The position numbers and the translations under genes were made by a program. The notes under the pieces were generated by a model. The model made no database searches, was not told the origin of the DNA, and saw only the letters and a program-made list of their open reading frames with translations. A DNA stretch of 64,000 bases from the human T2T-CHM13v2.0 reference genome, Homo sapiens: contig CP086569.2 of the NCBI GenBank assembly GCA_009914755.4, positions 3,904,001 to 3,968,000 of the forward strand. Direction: 5' to 3'. The first letter of the stretch is position 1, and every line of letters starts with the position of its first letter. Shown one piece after another: positions 63,667 to 64,000 of this stretch.

Positions 63667-64000
63667 TGTCAGGTCTCTGAGCCCAAGCTAAGCCATCATA
63701 TCCCCTGTGACCTGCACGTATACATCCAGATGGCCTAAAGTAACTGAAGATCCACAAAAGAAGTGAAAATAGCCTTAACTGATGACATTCCACAATTGCG
63801 ATGTGTTTCTGCCCCATCCTAACTGATCAACGTACTTTGTAATCTCCCTGACCCTTAAGAAGGTTCTTTTTAATCTCCCCCACCCTTAAGAAGGTTCTTT
63901 GTAATTCTCCCCACCCTTGAGAATGTACTTTGTGAGATCCACCCTCTGCCTGCAAAACATTGCTCCTAACTCCACGGACTATCCCAAATCCTGTAAGAAC
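63667..64000 (+). mobile_element. LTR7 (HERV-H LTR) copy, truncated by the end of the window. It is of the same subtype as the copy at 48348.
   Basis: 'tgtcaggtctctgagcccaagctaagccatcatatcccctgtgacctgcacgtatacatccagatggcctaaagtaactgaagatccacaaaagaagtgaaaatagccttaactgatgacattccacaattgcgatgtgtttctgccccatcctaactgatcaacgtactttgtaatctccctgacccttaagaaggttctttttaatctcccccacccttaagaaggttctttgtaattctccccacccttgagaatgtactttgtgagatccaccc'. Confidence 0.75.

Overview
This window is primate (almost certainly human or great-ape) nuclear DNA, not prokaryotic. It is AT-rich and densely packed with interspersed repeats. The repeats are multiple L1 LINE fragments in both orientations (several nested or inverted), at least six Alu SINEs, MaLR/ERVL-type LTRs and three HERV-H-type LTR7 solo LTRs. 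There is also a 5.1-kb ERV-L (HERV-L-like) provirus remnant on the minus strand. It carries a tRNA-Leu-type primer binding site, gag/protease/RT/integrase/dUTPase ORF remnants, one intact flanking LTR and a 65-bp remnant of the other. Several microsatellites are present. I found no convincing cellular protein-coding exon, rRNA/tRNA gene, CRISPR array or operon-like structure. Every ORF of 150 aa or more in the six-frame track maps onto a retroelement (L1 ORF2, ERV-L gag/pol, MaLR internal) or onto low-complexity repeat. The window therefore looks like intronic or intergenic gene-poor sequence. The items most worth a second look are transposon-biology and structural features: the ERV-L provirus with its PBS, the cluster of three LTR7 solo LTRs, a young AluY with a perfect 19-bp TSD, a near-perfect 2x131-bp tandem duplication, an Alu with an internal minisatellite expansion next to a ~230-bp purine tract, and inverted L1 junctions. 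I see no evidence for a novel 'biological system' in the prokaryotic sense. All coordinates are estimated by eye from the printed sequence and may be off by a few bp; repeat family names are recalled from memory of consensus sequences, not from a database search.
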